A DNA stretch of 63,139 nucleotides, counting the filler, from Octopus bimaculoides (Eukaryota): assembly GCF_001194135.2 (NCBI RefSeq). It is 7 parts of 5 records of this genome, joined end to end, with 100 filler letters (N's around TTAATTAATTAA, not from the genome) between each part and the next. Parts side by side here need not be neighbours in the genome. Positions count along the whole stretch, not along the records: positions 49,267 to 59,424 come from NC_068986.1; positions 59,525 to 63,139 come from NW_026374812.1; 5 more parts are not named here. One strand, written 5' to 3'. Positions within the stretch are counted from its first letter, which is position 1; the number at the start of each line of letters is the position of its first letter. The notes under the pieces were generated by a model. It was not told the DNA's origin, did no database searches, and saw only the letters and a list, made by a program, of their open reading frames with translations. A program made the translations under genes and the position numbers. This document shows, piece by piece, positions 49,597 through 62,250 of the stretch.

Positions 49597-52074
49597 AAAC
49601 ATAAACGGTTTATTCATATGATAATTTCAGAACATCTTGTAGATAAGTTACTTATTGGAAGTTATAAAACCTGACATTTTGAAATGAAATTTGATTATTG
49701 TCTGTTGTATCTTTGTTTATTAAATAATGTGTCCTTGTACGAGCTGAAAGCGTTAAATAAGTATGAAATATTATTCCGAAACTGTACTTGTAATTCAAGA
49801 CAGGAAGGATTTTCTCATCGTAATTCAATCCATTTGTAAATGTAACAGCTTCAGTACATTTGCACCTCTTTCTTGTTTGTCATTCGTTTCTTGGAAGTGA
49901 TAAACTCCATATAGTAATTACTATACAATTGCTATAGAATAACACCATACACCTTCTCAAACACCAGTTGTTAACGTCACCTCAGACAAAACCAATGAAA
50001 TTTTCCCTCTGATCAGAGCTGGACCCTCAGAAAAAAACAAAAACTGACTTCTTAAGGGTACCAATCAACCGGAAAGCAAATTACCCTGTCCCTATGAGGA
50101 AGTCAACAAAGAAGAACGTTGAACTTTACCAAAACGAAAATGTTGTCCTAAACGGAAAATATCTTTGACCGAAATAGTTGTGATCCGATGGAGTTCCCTG
50201 GCTTTTCAACAATCTTAATGTTGAGTTTGGTCTCCTTCAGAGCTTTTCTAAATCTATAGGCTAGTTCTCCATGGGATGTGGTCTCTACAAACATCACTCG
50301 TTGGTATTTGCTGGTTTATATCACGTGTTCACCTTGTTTGCTTTGTCACAAATTCTTTGTATCCTATTCCAGTCTTTGCTTCTATATCTAGGGCAGGTAC
50401 CACTGGTTTCATTACATATAATGTTATCTAACTTCTTTCTAGCACTCCTGTATATTCGAACCCTATCTTTTTCTATCTGTATATTCGAACTCTATCATAT
50501 CCAGAGAACTGCATGTTCTGTACATGTTTCTTCGTTTTATAGGGTTTGCATAGTGGGGACACGTTGTTCATTATCCTAACTAAGTCTGCTGTCAGTATGT
50601 TAATTTTCATGTTGTATGACAAAGCTGAGGTTTTGTGAGCAACATATTTAGAAGCTATGGGTTTCATGTAATAGGAGTGGAAGAGCTGCACTCTATTGTG
50701 CACAGTCTCTAACCAAAGTTCAGTATCAAGGACGGGGAGTCTATAGTTGAGGTGTCTAGTGAGGTAATCTATAGTCTCCTTGATACTTTGGTGGATGGAG
50801 TTAGCTACTTGCTGGATGCTCCCCATTATGTTCCTCTCCGTTTCTACATTACCGTTACTAGAGTTGGTCTTAGCTAGGATATTAATGTCGTCTACATACC
50901 TACTGTAAAGTAGAAGAGGTGTGGACTGTGCTGCTAAGGATTGCTTACGTTTTCTGTCCCACCAGGTCATGAAGAGGCCGGCCACATCTCCAGCTACATC
51001 GACACCAATAGTTGAACCTTGAACCTGCATGTATAGTTTCTTGTTAAAATTTACTATGTGGTTCTTCAATGTGGTTCTTACGCTAGCCCCTTTTGCATGT
51101 GCAATCATCCCTATCACTTGATTGTTGTTCTCAAAATCTTGAGTGGGTACGGTCCAGCCACTCCGGCGCTCTGCGGTGGTTTTCTTCACTGCTGAGGTGA
51201 TGGTGAGTGGTCTTCTCCTCTGTGACCTAGTGGGACAGAATCTACTGAGGCCATGGTCGTCTAAACAGTCACTGTCGTAGCTTAGTCTGTGAGGTCGTTA
51301 GAGTGGTTGCATGTGCTGATTTTACTAAAATCTTCTGTGCTCACACAGACATCTGAGGATATTTCTATGAGAGGTTGTAATACTTGTGACAGGAAGCAGG
51401 ACAGTCTATAATTGCTGGAGATATTCGCTCTGCAAACTGGTCGGGTTGGGGCCCCCATGACAGGGTCTATGTAGGGTTTATAGTCTTTGCATAACCCGTA
51501 GAGTGTAGGAATATCATTGTTGAATGCTTGGAAATTGTGTGCAGTCCGTTTCTTAGGTTGGAGTATGTTGCACCACTTTCCAATGTGTGCATTGAGGAGT
51601 TTTTCAAACCTTTCATGTTTCTGTTGTGCAACTTCTCTCATGCTACTGATGTGTTGTTGCATGGTCTGGATATATATAGTTCTGTGGGCTGTCTATTGAC
51701 AGTCTGCCAGACTTGTCCGTCGGAAGTTTTTGTAGGCCTTTGGCAACAGATGAACTGAGTTGGTTGGTTCCCTCCTCATTATGTTTTAGTGGATTTGTTG
51801 TATCGGTTTAAGATATGCTGGAGTCTATTTCTAGCTAAGGAGATCTTTGCTTCTGTTTCACTGCCAATTTGGGGTGACATACGTAACCTTTTGTTGAAGG
51901 GTAAGTATGTGGAGTAGATCCTCGTCATGTCATAAGGTTTGTTGTTAGGGTTATAGAAGACAGAGTATACAGTGTTATTATCGTTGTTGTTATAGTTACT
52001 GGCATTGTCGTTGGTATCGGTGGTATCGGCGGTGGTGGTGGTGGTATATAGTATGTAAGTGCAAAAGTAAAATG

Positions 52075-52108
<34 letters not shown>

Positions 52109-53368
52109 GGCAGGCAGGCAGGCAGGCAGACAGACGGACGGACGGACGGACGGACGGACGGACGGACGGACGGATGGACGGACGGACGGATGGATGGACG
52201 GACGGACAGACAGACAGGGAGAGAGGGAGGGAGGGAGAGGAGGGAGGGCTTACGGAAGGAAGGNNNNNNNNNNNNNNNNNNNNNNNNNNNNNNNNNNNNN
52301 NNNNNNNNNNNNNNNNNNNNNNNNNNNNNNNNNNNNNNNNNNNNNNNNNNNNNNNNNNNNNNNNNNNNNNNNNNNNNNNNNNNNNNNNNNNNNNNNNNNN
52401 NNNNNNNNNNNNNNNNNNNNNNNNNNNNNNNNNNNNNNNNNNNNNNNNNNNNNNNNNNNNNNNNNNNNNGGGAAGGAGGGAGGGAAGGAGGGATGGAGGC
52501 TGCTAGGTAGGTAAACATAAATGGTTTCTTTATATGGTAACTTCAGAACATCGTGTAGATAAGTTACTTATTGGAAGTTATAAAACCTAACATTTTGAAA
52601 TGAAATCTGATTATTGTAAGTTGTATCTTTGTTTGTTAAATAGTGTGTCCTTCTACCAGCTAAAAGCGTTAAATATATATAAAATATTATTCCTAAAGTA
52701 TATTTGTAATTCCACACAGGAAGGATTCTCACGTCGTAATTCAATCCATTTGTAAATGTAACAGTATTAGTACATTTTCACATCTCTCTTGCTTGTCATT
52801 TATTCTTGAAAGTGATAAAACTGAAGATACTAATTACTATAGAATAATACCATACACCTTCTCAAACACCAGTTGCTGACGTCACTTCAGGCAAAACCAA
52901 TGAAATTTTCCCTCTAGTCAGAACCGGACCCTTAGAAAAAAACAAATACTGACTTCTTAAGGGTACCAACCCACCGGAACGGTAGCTGACCATCGGATAT
53001 AAAACAAATTGCCATGTCCCTACGAGGAAGTTAGCCAAGCAGAACGCTGAACTTTAGCCAAGCGAAAATCTTTTGTCCAAAACGGAAAATATTTTTTGAA
53101 CAAAACAAAGTAACGTCACGAGACCTACAACCAATCAAAACTTGTTTATTGACCAATGGACTGAGACTGAAAATGAGAAAAGATCAATACGCACCATGAC
53201 AGGAATTCTCCAGGCAAAACAGGCGAAATGCATCTTAATTTATCCGCAGATAAAAATAGGCTAACAAAATAGTCGTTCCTTATATTTTCAGCCGATCAAT
53301 CGATTGACTGATGAAATGGAACCAAAACTGTTGTAATCTTATAATAATAAATGTATATAACCCATTAT
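49597..53368 (-). mobile_element. Divergent Penelope-like element (RT at 50165-51925) between ~570-bp direct repeats (49597-50163, 52513-53093)
   Basis: TDKSGR, LYGLCKDYK..PTRPV, YMQVQGSTIG, YSRYVDD, LPVLD, YMKPIAS. The two flanking repeats align end to end. Confidence 0.85.
52076..52263. repeat. Compound tetranucleotide microsatellite (AGAC)(AGGC)(GGAC)(GGAT)(GGGA)
   Basis: Direct reading. Confidence 0.95.
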
Positions 53369-53381
53369 TTATTTCTCTCTT

Positions 53382-53459
<78 letters not shown>

Positions 53460-53616
53460 TTTATATATACATGTAGGTATGTATTATGTATGTATGTATG
53501 TATGTACGTATGTATGTATGTATGTATGTATGTGTGTATTTACGTACGTATGTATACATACATACATATATACACACACACACTCACATATATATATATA
53601 TATATACATAAACACA

Positions 53617-54491
53617 CAGTGAGCAATGGGTAAATTGTCGTTATTTTATATTTTTGATTTCACGCATGCACATTGTTTGTCTTTGATTTCGTCGACTACA
53701 CAGGGTCGGTTGGGCACCGTCTGTGAGAAAAACAACACCATGACGCAATTTACTCTGCCAGAAATTTGGAAACGACATGTGCTGCTTGGCATCCGCACCT
53801 AAAGCTCCAATACGAACAGAAGGTGAACACACAGAACAACCGTTGGCTTGCCGTGTCCCCAAAACATGTGCCGAGAGTGATAAAAATCAAACATCCAATC
53901 AAGTTCATGGTGTTTGGAGTGAGCACTAGTGACGGTGACGTTATACCTCCATTCATCTTCCCACACGGCCTCACACTCAACACGGAGGCGTACATCAAGT
54001 GACTAGAGGAGGTAATGCTGCCCTGGGAGAAGAGAATGACTGCCAGAAGACCCTATGTCTCGCAACAAGAGTCTGCACCGTTCCAGACAAGCAGAACTCA
54101 GCCATGGCTGTCAGACAATTTTTGCGACCACATCACCCCTAACATCTGGCCGCCTAACTCTCCAGACTGCAATTCCTTTGATTATTATGCGTGGGGCGCA
54201 GTTGAGCGAGAGAGCAATAAAACTGTTTGTAACACCAAAGATGAACTAAAGGCAAGGATTATGACATCATTCACGAACTTAAACAAGGAGACCATCCAGA
54301 AGAGTTGCAGCAGATTTCGTAGTTGTATAGAGGCCGTGGATGAAGCCAATGGCAATTTTATTGAAGAAACTTACACTTTAGTATTTCCAGATATTTTTAT
54401 GTAATTTTGGTAAATATATCTGTTAAAATGAGATGTCAATGTTATCTTCATTTTTGCGCAATCTTGACGACAGTTTATTAACCGCACCCTG
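53617..54491 (+). mobile_element. Internally deleted Tc1/mariner-superfamily element, maT (DD37D)-like
   Basis: MVFGV, QQ(E)SAP and WPPNSPDCNSFDYY.WG (36 residues between catalytic sites in this copy). Degenerate TIRs CAG.G.GC..(GGG)TAAA.TGTCGT, TA at the right end. Confidence 0.8.
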
Positions 54492-55252
54492 TATATCTAC
54501 ACACAAATATATGTATGTGTGAGTGTATTAATGTTTATGTATAAACGTATACAGCAGACATACATACAGACATCACTTATATATGCACACACTCGCACGC
54601 GTACACACATACACACACATACACGCACGCATACACATACGTTCTCCACATATTTTTATACAAACATATACGTATAAGTGTATATGTGTACACAAGTATA
54701 CATACATAGGTGCACACGCATATATCTGTATATATAAATATATAGGTACACACGACAGGCACACACACACACACAGAGCATGTATATTTATTTTTATTTA
54801 TTTACATTGCTCAAACACACTCAAACATACATACTTAATGTTTCTCAAAAGATGGAAACGAAATGTTACATATCTTGAAAATGGAAATGGAGGCAATTGC
54901 GATCAAGATTTCTTGTAAAACTAATCTGTAAATGTCAAAGACTGCCGAATAGTTTGTTAAGTGTCTAAGCGGTATTTTGCATCCAAGTTCAAATCTGTTT
55001 TATAGCTGATGGAACTTTTATTTGGTGCTGAATATATTATACTTGGCTAACCCATATTTATGTAGAAAAAGCACCGAATATTTCAGTACTACTATAGAAA
55101 ATATATGCACACAGAATACATATGTACATACATACTTCTGTACATACATACATACTTGTGTACATACATACATACATACATACATACACGCACGTATATA
55201 TAAAGAGATTGAGAGAGAGTGTGTGTGTGTTTGTGTGTGCGTGAGAGACAGC

Positions 55253-55284
<32 letters not shown>

Positions 55285-55289
55285 CAAAT

Positions 55290-56130
55290 AATGGGTTATA
55301 TACATTTATTATTATAGGGTTACAACTGTTTCGGTTCAGTTTCGTCTATCAATCGATTGATTGACTGAAAATATAAGGAACGACTATTTTTTTAGCCTGC
55401 TATATTTCTATCTGCGGAGAAATTAAGATGTATGTCATGTGTTTCGCTTGGAGAATTTCTGTAGAGTGCGTGTAATTCTATTTTTCAATTCCAGTCTCAG
55501 TTCACTGGTCTCTCAACATTTCACAGCTTGTTGAAATTGGGAAATACTTTGGGTTCAATCTTTTAGTATAAATATGTTTTACAGAAAAGGATCTAATTTT
55601 TGATTGGTTATAAATTTGATGACGTCCTATTCTTGTCGTGGATGTTTTGGTAAAAAAAATATATTTTTGTTTTAGTAAAGTTTAGTATTTTGGTTGGTTG
55701 GATTTCTGGTGACGACCATGGTCAGCGAACAAGTTCTGATTGGTTGTAGGTCTCGTGATGTAACTTTATTGTGAAGTAGTGTTCAGTGAAGTCAACACGT
55801 GGGAACTGGGCCTCCTCCTTAGACTAAGCTACGGCAGTGACTATTTAGACGACCATGACCTCAGTAGAATCTGCCCCCCAGGTTACAGAGAGGAAGACTA
55901 CTCACTATCACCTCAGCAGTGAAGAAAAGCACCGCAGAGCGCTGGAGTGGCTGGACCGTGCCCACCCTAGATCCTGAGAACAACAGTCAGGTAAAAGGAA
56001 TGATTGCACATGCAATAGGGGTTAGTGTAAGAACCACCTTGAAGAACCACACAGTAAAGTTTAATAAGAAACTATACATGCAGGTTCAAGGTTCAGCCAT
56101 TGGTGTCGGCCTCTTCATGACGCGTTCTTT
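55290..56130 (+). mobile_element. Second, truncated copy of the divergent PLE family
   Basis: 55290-55510 is the reverse complement of ~53150-53368. ORF 55919-56191 closely matches the start of ORF 50473-51189. Confidence 0.88.
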
Positions 56131-56737
56131 AAACGTGTTTACAAGGGGATTGTTGCAAACATTGGCAAAAACATACTTTTATTTCTTATAAGTAATTTCT
56201 ACCAATCTATAAAATTCGACTTTTAATTGTCTTCTTACATTTCATTTCCACTACATATATCCATTTACATGCATTTAAGCTTTATTTCCATTCTTCTATC
56301 GTACTATATTTCGCCACACTTAATTTTCTGTTAATTTCTTTCTTTCTCCTCCTTCTCGTTCTCTACATTACCTTTGACGTTAAATTTATTAACGGTTTTT
56401 AAAAAGAAAACTTGCCAGCGTTTTCTTCATATAGGAGGTAATCACATTCAGATAAAATGGCTTATTGATGTGTTTTGTTTCTCTTTTTTCTCTGACGAGA
56501 TGATTACATTGTTTTACATCATTTTATTACCTGGGAAATAATACCAATGTTTTCTTCGAAACATATGTCGGAAGTATAAAGATTTGAATAACACCTGCGT
56601 TTAACTCCATTTCTAAATTTATCTATGTCATACAAAATTATTTCGCCAAACCATGGAATTTCTACCTTAATAAGTAGGCTGTAACAACCTTGGCACTTAT
56701 GTAAATGTTTTATGCCCTGGTAACTATTTACTTATTT

Positions 56738-56826
<89 letters not shown>

Positions 56827-56862
56827 AACGACGATGACGATGATGATGATGAGGAGGAGGAT
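56738..56862. repeat. Compound trinucleotide microsatellite (GAT)n(GAC)n(GAT)n(GAG)n
   Basis: Direct reading. Confidence 0.95.
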
Positions 56863-56949
56863 GTGTCTCAAGCTCACGAAACTAAACAATATGCAGCTGA
56901 GACCTAGTCAAACTGTAATTAAATCAATATAAAATATGATGGATGTTAC

Positions 56950-58630
56950 CTTTTTGTTTGTTGTTTTTCCCTCCTCTATATGTATGTCTCTTCTATTGTT
57001 TAATTATTATAAATCTTCCATCGAGAAGAGAGCCAGTTTCCAACAAATATGCTAGGCTCCATATTTGGGATGTAGTTAATGCAGTCTGGATAAAGAAGCT
57101 TGAAGTTTCGAAGCAGTTGTCCACAGATATCCTCTTTTTCTTTAATTTTCAAAAAGATATTTATATCTGCAGGGTAGCTGACTTCTATGATGGTACATAC
57201 CATTGCCCCTCTGTCTCAAACAACAATATCAGGCTTGTTATGCTTACATTTGACAGAAGTTTTGATGGGAATATACCACCAATATTCCTTGAGTTGTTGT
57301 TTATGAATATATTCCACAACAGAGAGATTTTCTAAGTTTATTTCAGGACATGCATGGTCTTTTTCTTTTGTATGTTGGGTGCTTTCCATCTAGGTCTTCT
57401 CTGAGGTACGAGAGCCCAGTTATTTGGGGGCTGTATAGGAGATCATCAGGAAGAGAAATTTTCTTGAGGAGCTCACTACCAACTCGTACAATGTTGCTCA
57501 TTTCACTTTTCAGCACTGCGTTAATATATTTATTTTTGCTGTTGCTGTTTAGTAGGCATTGCCTGAGTGATACCATACGGCATTGATGTCAGGTTTCTTA
57601 GGTAGAGCCTATCAACATCACTGTTTCTGTGGAGGTTGTAAGTTGTTGTCAGGATTTTGCGGGTTTTGAAATTAATGGAGTTAATTTCCTATACAGACCA
57701 ATCAAGTATCTCAAATGTTGGGATAAGCACTGGTACTGCAAATGCATTGTGGGATATTGTTTTTTTGTGCGAGGAGAGTTCCGACTGCTATATTTTTCTA
57801 AGTCTGATGTAATATTCTCGGGTCACTTTATTTTTATTCATAGTGTTTCATATGATATATTTTCGTCTATGCCTAAGTACTTGTAACATTCTTTGTATGG
57901 AATGGGGCGGGGAGACCGTTGAAGCACAGGTTTGGGGTTTGGGGGACTGACTTTCCTCGTTCTATAACCAAATATGAACATTTCTTTTGGTCAAATTCCA
58001 TGTCTATATCAGCTGAAAATGTTATTAATTCCAGTTGTTTTTTGGTATTGTAAACACTTTTAAATCTTGAAGTCGTCTACAAAGAAATTATGAGTTGCAT
58101 TGATATTTCTAGCAGTTGAAGATCCTAGCATGTACCTATTTGTTTTCTGCAGTAGGAAGGATAATGGATTCAGTGCCAAAATGAAAAGAAGTACAGAAAG
58201 ACTGTCTCCGTGGAATATTACCTTTGTAATGCCTATCCTATTAGAAACAATTATTCTGTTCTCAGTTGTAAGGGTAAGTATAGTCGCCTATGACGTTGTG
58301 AATCTCTCTAAGATATGTTGGAGTCTATTTCTAGCTAAGGAGATCTTTGCTTCTGTTTCACTGTCAATTAAGTAGTAGGTATTTTTGCTAGATGTAGGCA
58401 CTTCAACAGCCATGAATGAGGGATTGAGTTGAATACCTTCTCATATTCAAGCCATACTTTCATGGTCGGCTCATCTCCACACCTTTTTCTTTCCTGTTCA
58501 TCAGTCACAATGTTCCTGGAGGAATTGGTTGAGGCAACTTGTGTACAGTTTGTACATAATGCTTAGGAAAACAATGGGCATGTAGCTTCCTGCCATCTCG
58601 GTGATTTCATTTTTAACAACAAGATTTGTC
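56950..58630 (-). mobile_element. Decayed RLE-type LINE (R4/Dong-like): RT plus restriction-like endonuclease
   Basis: IMYKLYTSCLN, EYEKVFNSIPHSWL, IFHGDSLSVLLFILALNPLS, FFVDD and IIEVSYPADINI..KEKED. Confidence 0.8.
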
Positions 58631-59391
58631 CAATTTGGTATCTCAGTCCTCCATAGTCCTTTTAAACATATATATACATGTATATATATATATCTGTGTG
58701 TGTCTGTGTTCGTTCCCCATCACGGCTTGACAACTGGTGTGTTTACATCCTCGTAACTTAGCGGTTTGGCAAAAGTGTGTGATAGGATAACTACTAGGCT
58801 TGGACAATAAGTCTTGGGGTCGATTTGATTCGAATAAAACCTTCAAGGTGGTGCTTCAGCATGGCTGCAGTCAAATGACTGAAACAAGTAAAAGAATAAG
58901 TATGTTCTTATAAACGTATGTTCTTATATGTTCTTATGTTCTATAAAAAAATAAGTATGTTCAGGTATCTTCAGGAACCTTATGGGGAGTACATAAAACT
59001 TTTTTATGGCCATTTATTATGCACTGTATCATATTCTTGTACAAACAACCCGAAATAGAACTAACTGTGCTTACTACAAAATATAATCCTCTACAGCAGC
59101 ATTTTAATATCTTTTATCATTTTCCCGTTTCGGCCATGCTGGGGCACTGCCTTGAAGGAATTTTAGTCAAGTGAATCGGTCCCATTACTTTTTTTTCCTT
59201 CTGTTAACCCTGATATTTATTTTATCCATCCATGGGTCTCTTTTGCCGAACCGATAAGTTACAGGGACGTAAACACACTACCACCTATTGCCAAACAGTG
59301 GTGGGGGACAAAGAGACACAAAGATACACATATACATACACACACACACACTCACGCTCACACACAGAATCATAATTACATACATACATAC

Positions 59392-59424
<33 letters not shown>

Positions 59425-59629
59425 NNNNNNNNNNNNNNNNNNNNNNNNNNNNNNNNNNNNNNNNNNNNTTAATTAATTAANNNNNNNNNNNNNNNNNNNN
59501 NNNNNNNNNNNNNNNNNNNNNNNNATTTTCAATAAAAAAATAAACGTTATGTGGTCGTGGTAATAAATAAAACCTGTGAATGGGAGATGTTATAGGTAAT
59601 ATCTCGCATTCACTGGCGACTCTTAACTA

Positions 59630-59772
59630 AGACATGCTACAGCGTATTTGGAAGGAGTTGGATTACTGACTTGACGTGTGACGTGTCTCAGGCGGTGCGC
59701 TTATTGAACATTTGTGAAATTGTACATGGAATCCACATAGCTTTGAATTTCTCATTCAAATTTGGAGAAATA
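59630..59772 (+). mobile_element. 3' fragment of the same transposon family as 60884-62250, in the opposite orientation
   Basis: Aligns to the reverse complement of ~60985-61130. Confidence 0.8.
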
Positions 59773-59842
59773 AAGGCTGTCAGAATAATGTAGACGTCTC
59801 TGATGAGAACCCAATACGTTTTGAAAATTGATTAAGGCTGTA

Positions 59843-60024
59843 AGGCGCAGGAGTGGCTGTGTGGTAAGTAGCTTGCTTATCAACCACATGGTTCCGGGTT
59901 CAGTCCCACTGCGTGGCACCTTGGACAAGTGTCTTCTACTATAGCCTCGTGCCGACCAAAGCCTTGTGAGTGGATTTGGTAGACGGAAACTGAAAGAAGC
60001 CCATCGTATATATATATGTATATA
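59843..60024 (+). mobile_element. SINE family A 5' half (young-looking)
   Basis: AGGCGCAGGAGTGGCTGTGTGG..GGGTTCAGTCCCAC head; runs into a gap. Confidence 0.92.
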
Positions 60025-60883
60025 NNNNNNNNNNNNNNNNNNNNNNNNNNNNNNNNNNNNNNNNNNNNNNNNNNNNNNNNNNNNNNNNNNNNNNNNNNNN
60101 NNNNNNNNNNNNNNNNNNNNNNNNNNNNNNNNNNNNNNNNNNNNNNNNNNNNNNNNNNNNNNNNNNNNNNNNNNNNNNNNNNNNNNNNNNNNNNNNNNNN
60201 NNNNNNNNNNNNNNNNNNNNNNNNNNNNNNNNNNNNNNNNNNNNNNNNNNNNNNNNNNNNNNNNNNNNNNNNNNNNNNNNNNNNNNNNNNNNNNNNNNNN
60301 NNNNNNNNNNNNNNNNNNNNNNNNNNNNNNNNNNNNNNNNNNNNNNNNNNNNNNNNNNNNNNNNNNNNNNNNNNNNNNNNNNNNNNNNNNNNNNNNNNNN
60401 NNNNNNNNNNNNNNNNNNNNNNNNNNNNNNNNNNNNNNNNNNNNNNNNNNNNNNNNNNNNNNNNNNNNNNNNNNNNNNNNNNNNNNNNNNNNNNNNNNNN
60501 NNNNNNNNNNNNNNNNNNNNNNNNNNNNNNNNNNNNNNNNNNNNNNNNNNNNNNNNNNNNNNNNNNNNNNNNNNNNNNNNNNNNNNNNNNNNNNNNNNNN
60601 NNNNNNNNNNNNNNNNNNNNNNNNNNNNNNNNNNNNNNNNNNNNNNNNNNNNNNNNNNNNNNNNNNNNNNNNNNNNNNNNNNNNNNNNNNNNNNNNNNNN
60701 NNNNNNNNNNNNNNNNNNNNNNNNNNNNNNNNNNNNNNNNNNNNNNNNNNNNNNNNNNNNNNNNNNNNNNNNNNNNNNNNNNNNNNNNNNNNNNNNNNNN
60801 NNNNNNNNNNNNNNNNNNNNNNNNNNNNNNNNNNNNNNNNNNNNNNNNNNNNNNNNNNNNNTATATATATACACACACACATA

Positions 60884-62250
60884 CGGTGTTTCAAAAAATT
60901 TGATATCATTTGAGATGTAAATATCACAGAAACTACATAGTCAAAGCAAATGAAATTAAACAGGCTTAATGTTGAGCAACGTAAGATTTATTCCTTCAAA
61001 TTTGAATGAGAGATTCAAAGGTATGTGGATCCCATGAATGATTTTACAAATGTTCAATATGTGCACCACCTGAGACATGGCACACGTCAAGTTGGTAGTC
61101 CATCTCCTCCCGAACACGCTGCAGTATATCTTGGGTAACAGTCTCCAGTGTGGTAGTGATTCTCTGTTCGAGTTCCTCTAGGTTTGCAGGAAGACGGTGG
61201 ACACAGACCATGCCCTTCACACAGCCCCAGAGAAAAAAATCGCAAGATGTCAGGTCAGGTGAACGTAGCGGCCGTTTCAACAGCACATTGTCTTCATCAC
61301 CAGCACGCCCAGTACATCTCCCTCGCAGATTGTCAGTAAGATAAGCCCGCACAGTCAGCATCCAGTGAGGTGAAGCCCTTTCCTGTTGAAAAATGAAGTC
61401 TTCATGTGCATTTGCAATGAACTCATCATCCATTAGCCAATTCTGAAGCATTTACAGATAAACATCACCGGTCACATTTCCCTCAAAGAAAAACGGGCCA
61501 TGAAGAAACTTCTTGGAGATGGCGTAGAACACATTCACTTTTGGTGAGTCCTTCTCATGCTCAACTTTGGCATGGGGATTTTCTTCGCCCCAAATGCGAA
61601 CATTTTGCTTATTAACTTTGCCATTCCTATGAAAGGTGGCCTCATCACTGAAAACAAGATGTTCCTTGAACTCGGCTTCTTCAAGTTTCTCTTGCATATC
61701 AATACAGAATTATTTGCGCTTTCGCTTGTTATCTGCCGTAATGGCCTGAACAAGCTGCAGCTTGTAGGGTTTTATTAGCAAGCGTTTCCTCAGGACACGC
61801 CAAACTGTCGTTGGAGGAATCTGGGTTTCCAGACTTGCTCTTCTTATGGACTTCTTTGGGGATTCGCAAGAGTTTTCGGCGAACCCGCTCGATCGTCTCT
61901 TCTGATGTTAGTGGTCGTCCAGATCCTTTTGCCCTGCACAGACAGCCGTCCTCATTGAATTTTTTGCTCCGTGTCCAAATCTGTTTTATCGTTGGTGACT
62001 TTTTAGAGAACTCTCTCACAAATGCACGGTACACAGTCTTGTTCGACTGTGTTCGAGCATACTCCAAGACACAAAACCCCTTTTCTTTTCCAGTGAATGC
62101 CATTTATATACCTGGAAATGTAAACATATCAAACATTAAACAAAATTTTGACCTGTTTCTACACATGCTGTTAAAATTTGAAGTCATTTGAACAAGAACT
62201 GGCAAAGTTATTAGATTGCAAAATGATATCAAATCTTTTGAAACACCCTG
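60884..62250 (-). mobile_element. Full-length, inactivated Tc1/mariner-superfamily transposon, rosa/Visitor (DD41D)-like
   Basis: ~30-bp TIRs (CA)GGGTGTTTCAAAAGATTTGATATCATTT, TA flanks, ~1.37 kb. FSDEATF, NKQNVRIWG, FQQ(E)RASPH and RSPDLTSCDFFLWG motifs. Confidence 0.93.

Noticed and set aside
51898-51910. ATACTTACC (U1 5' end-like) on the minus strand, also at ~58272-58281
   Set aside because: Only 9 nt match and no U1 body follows
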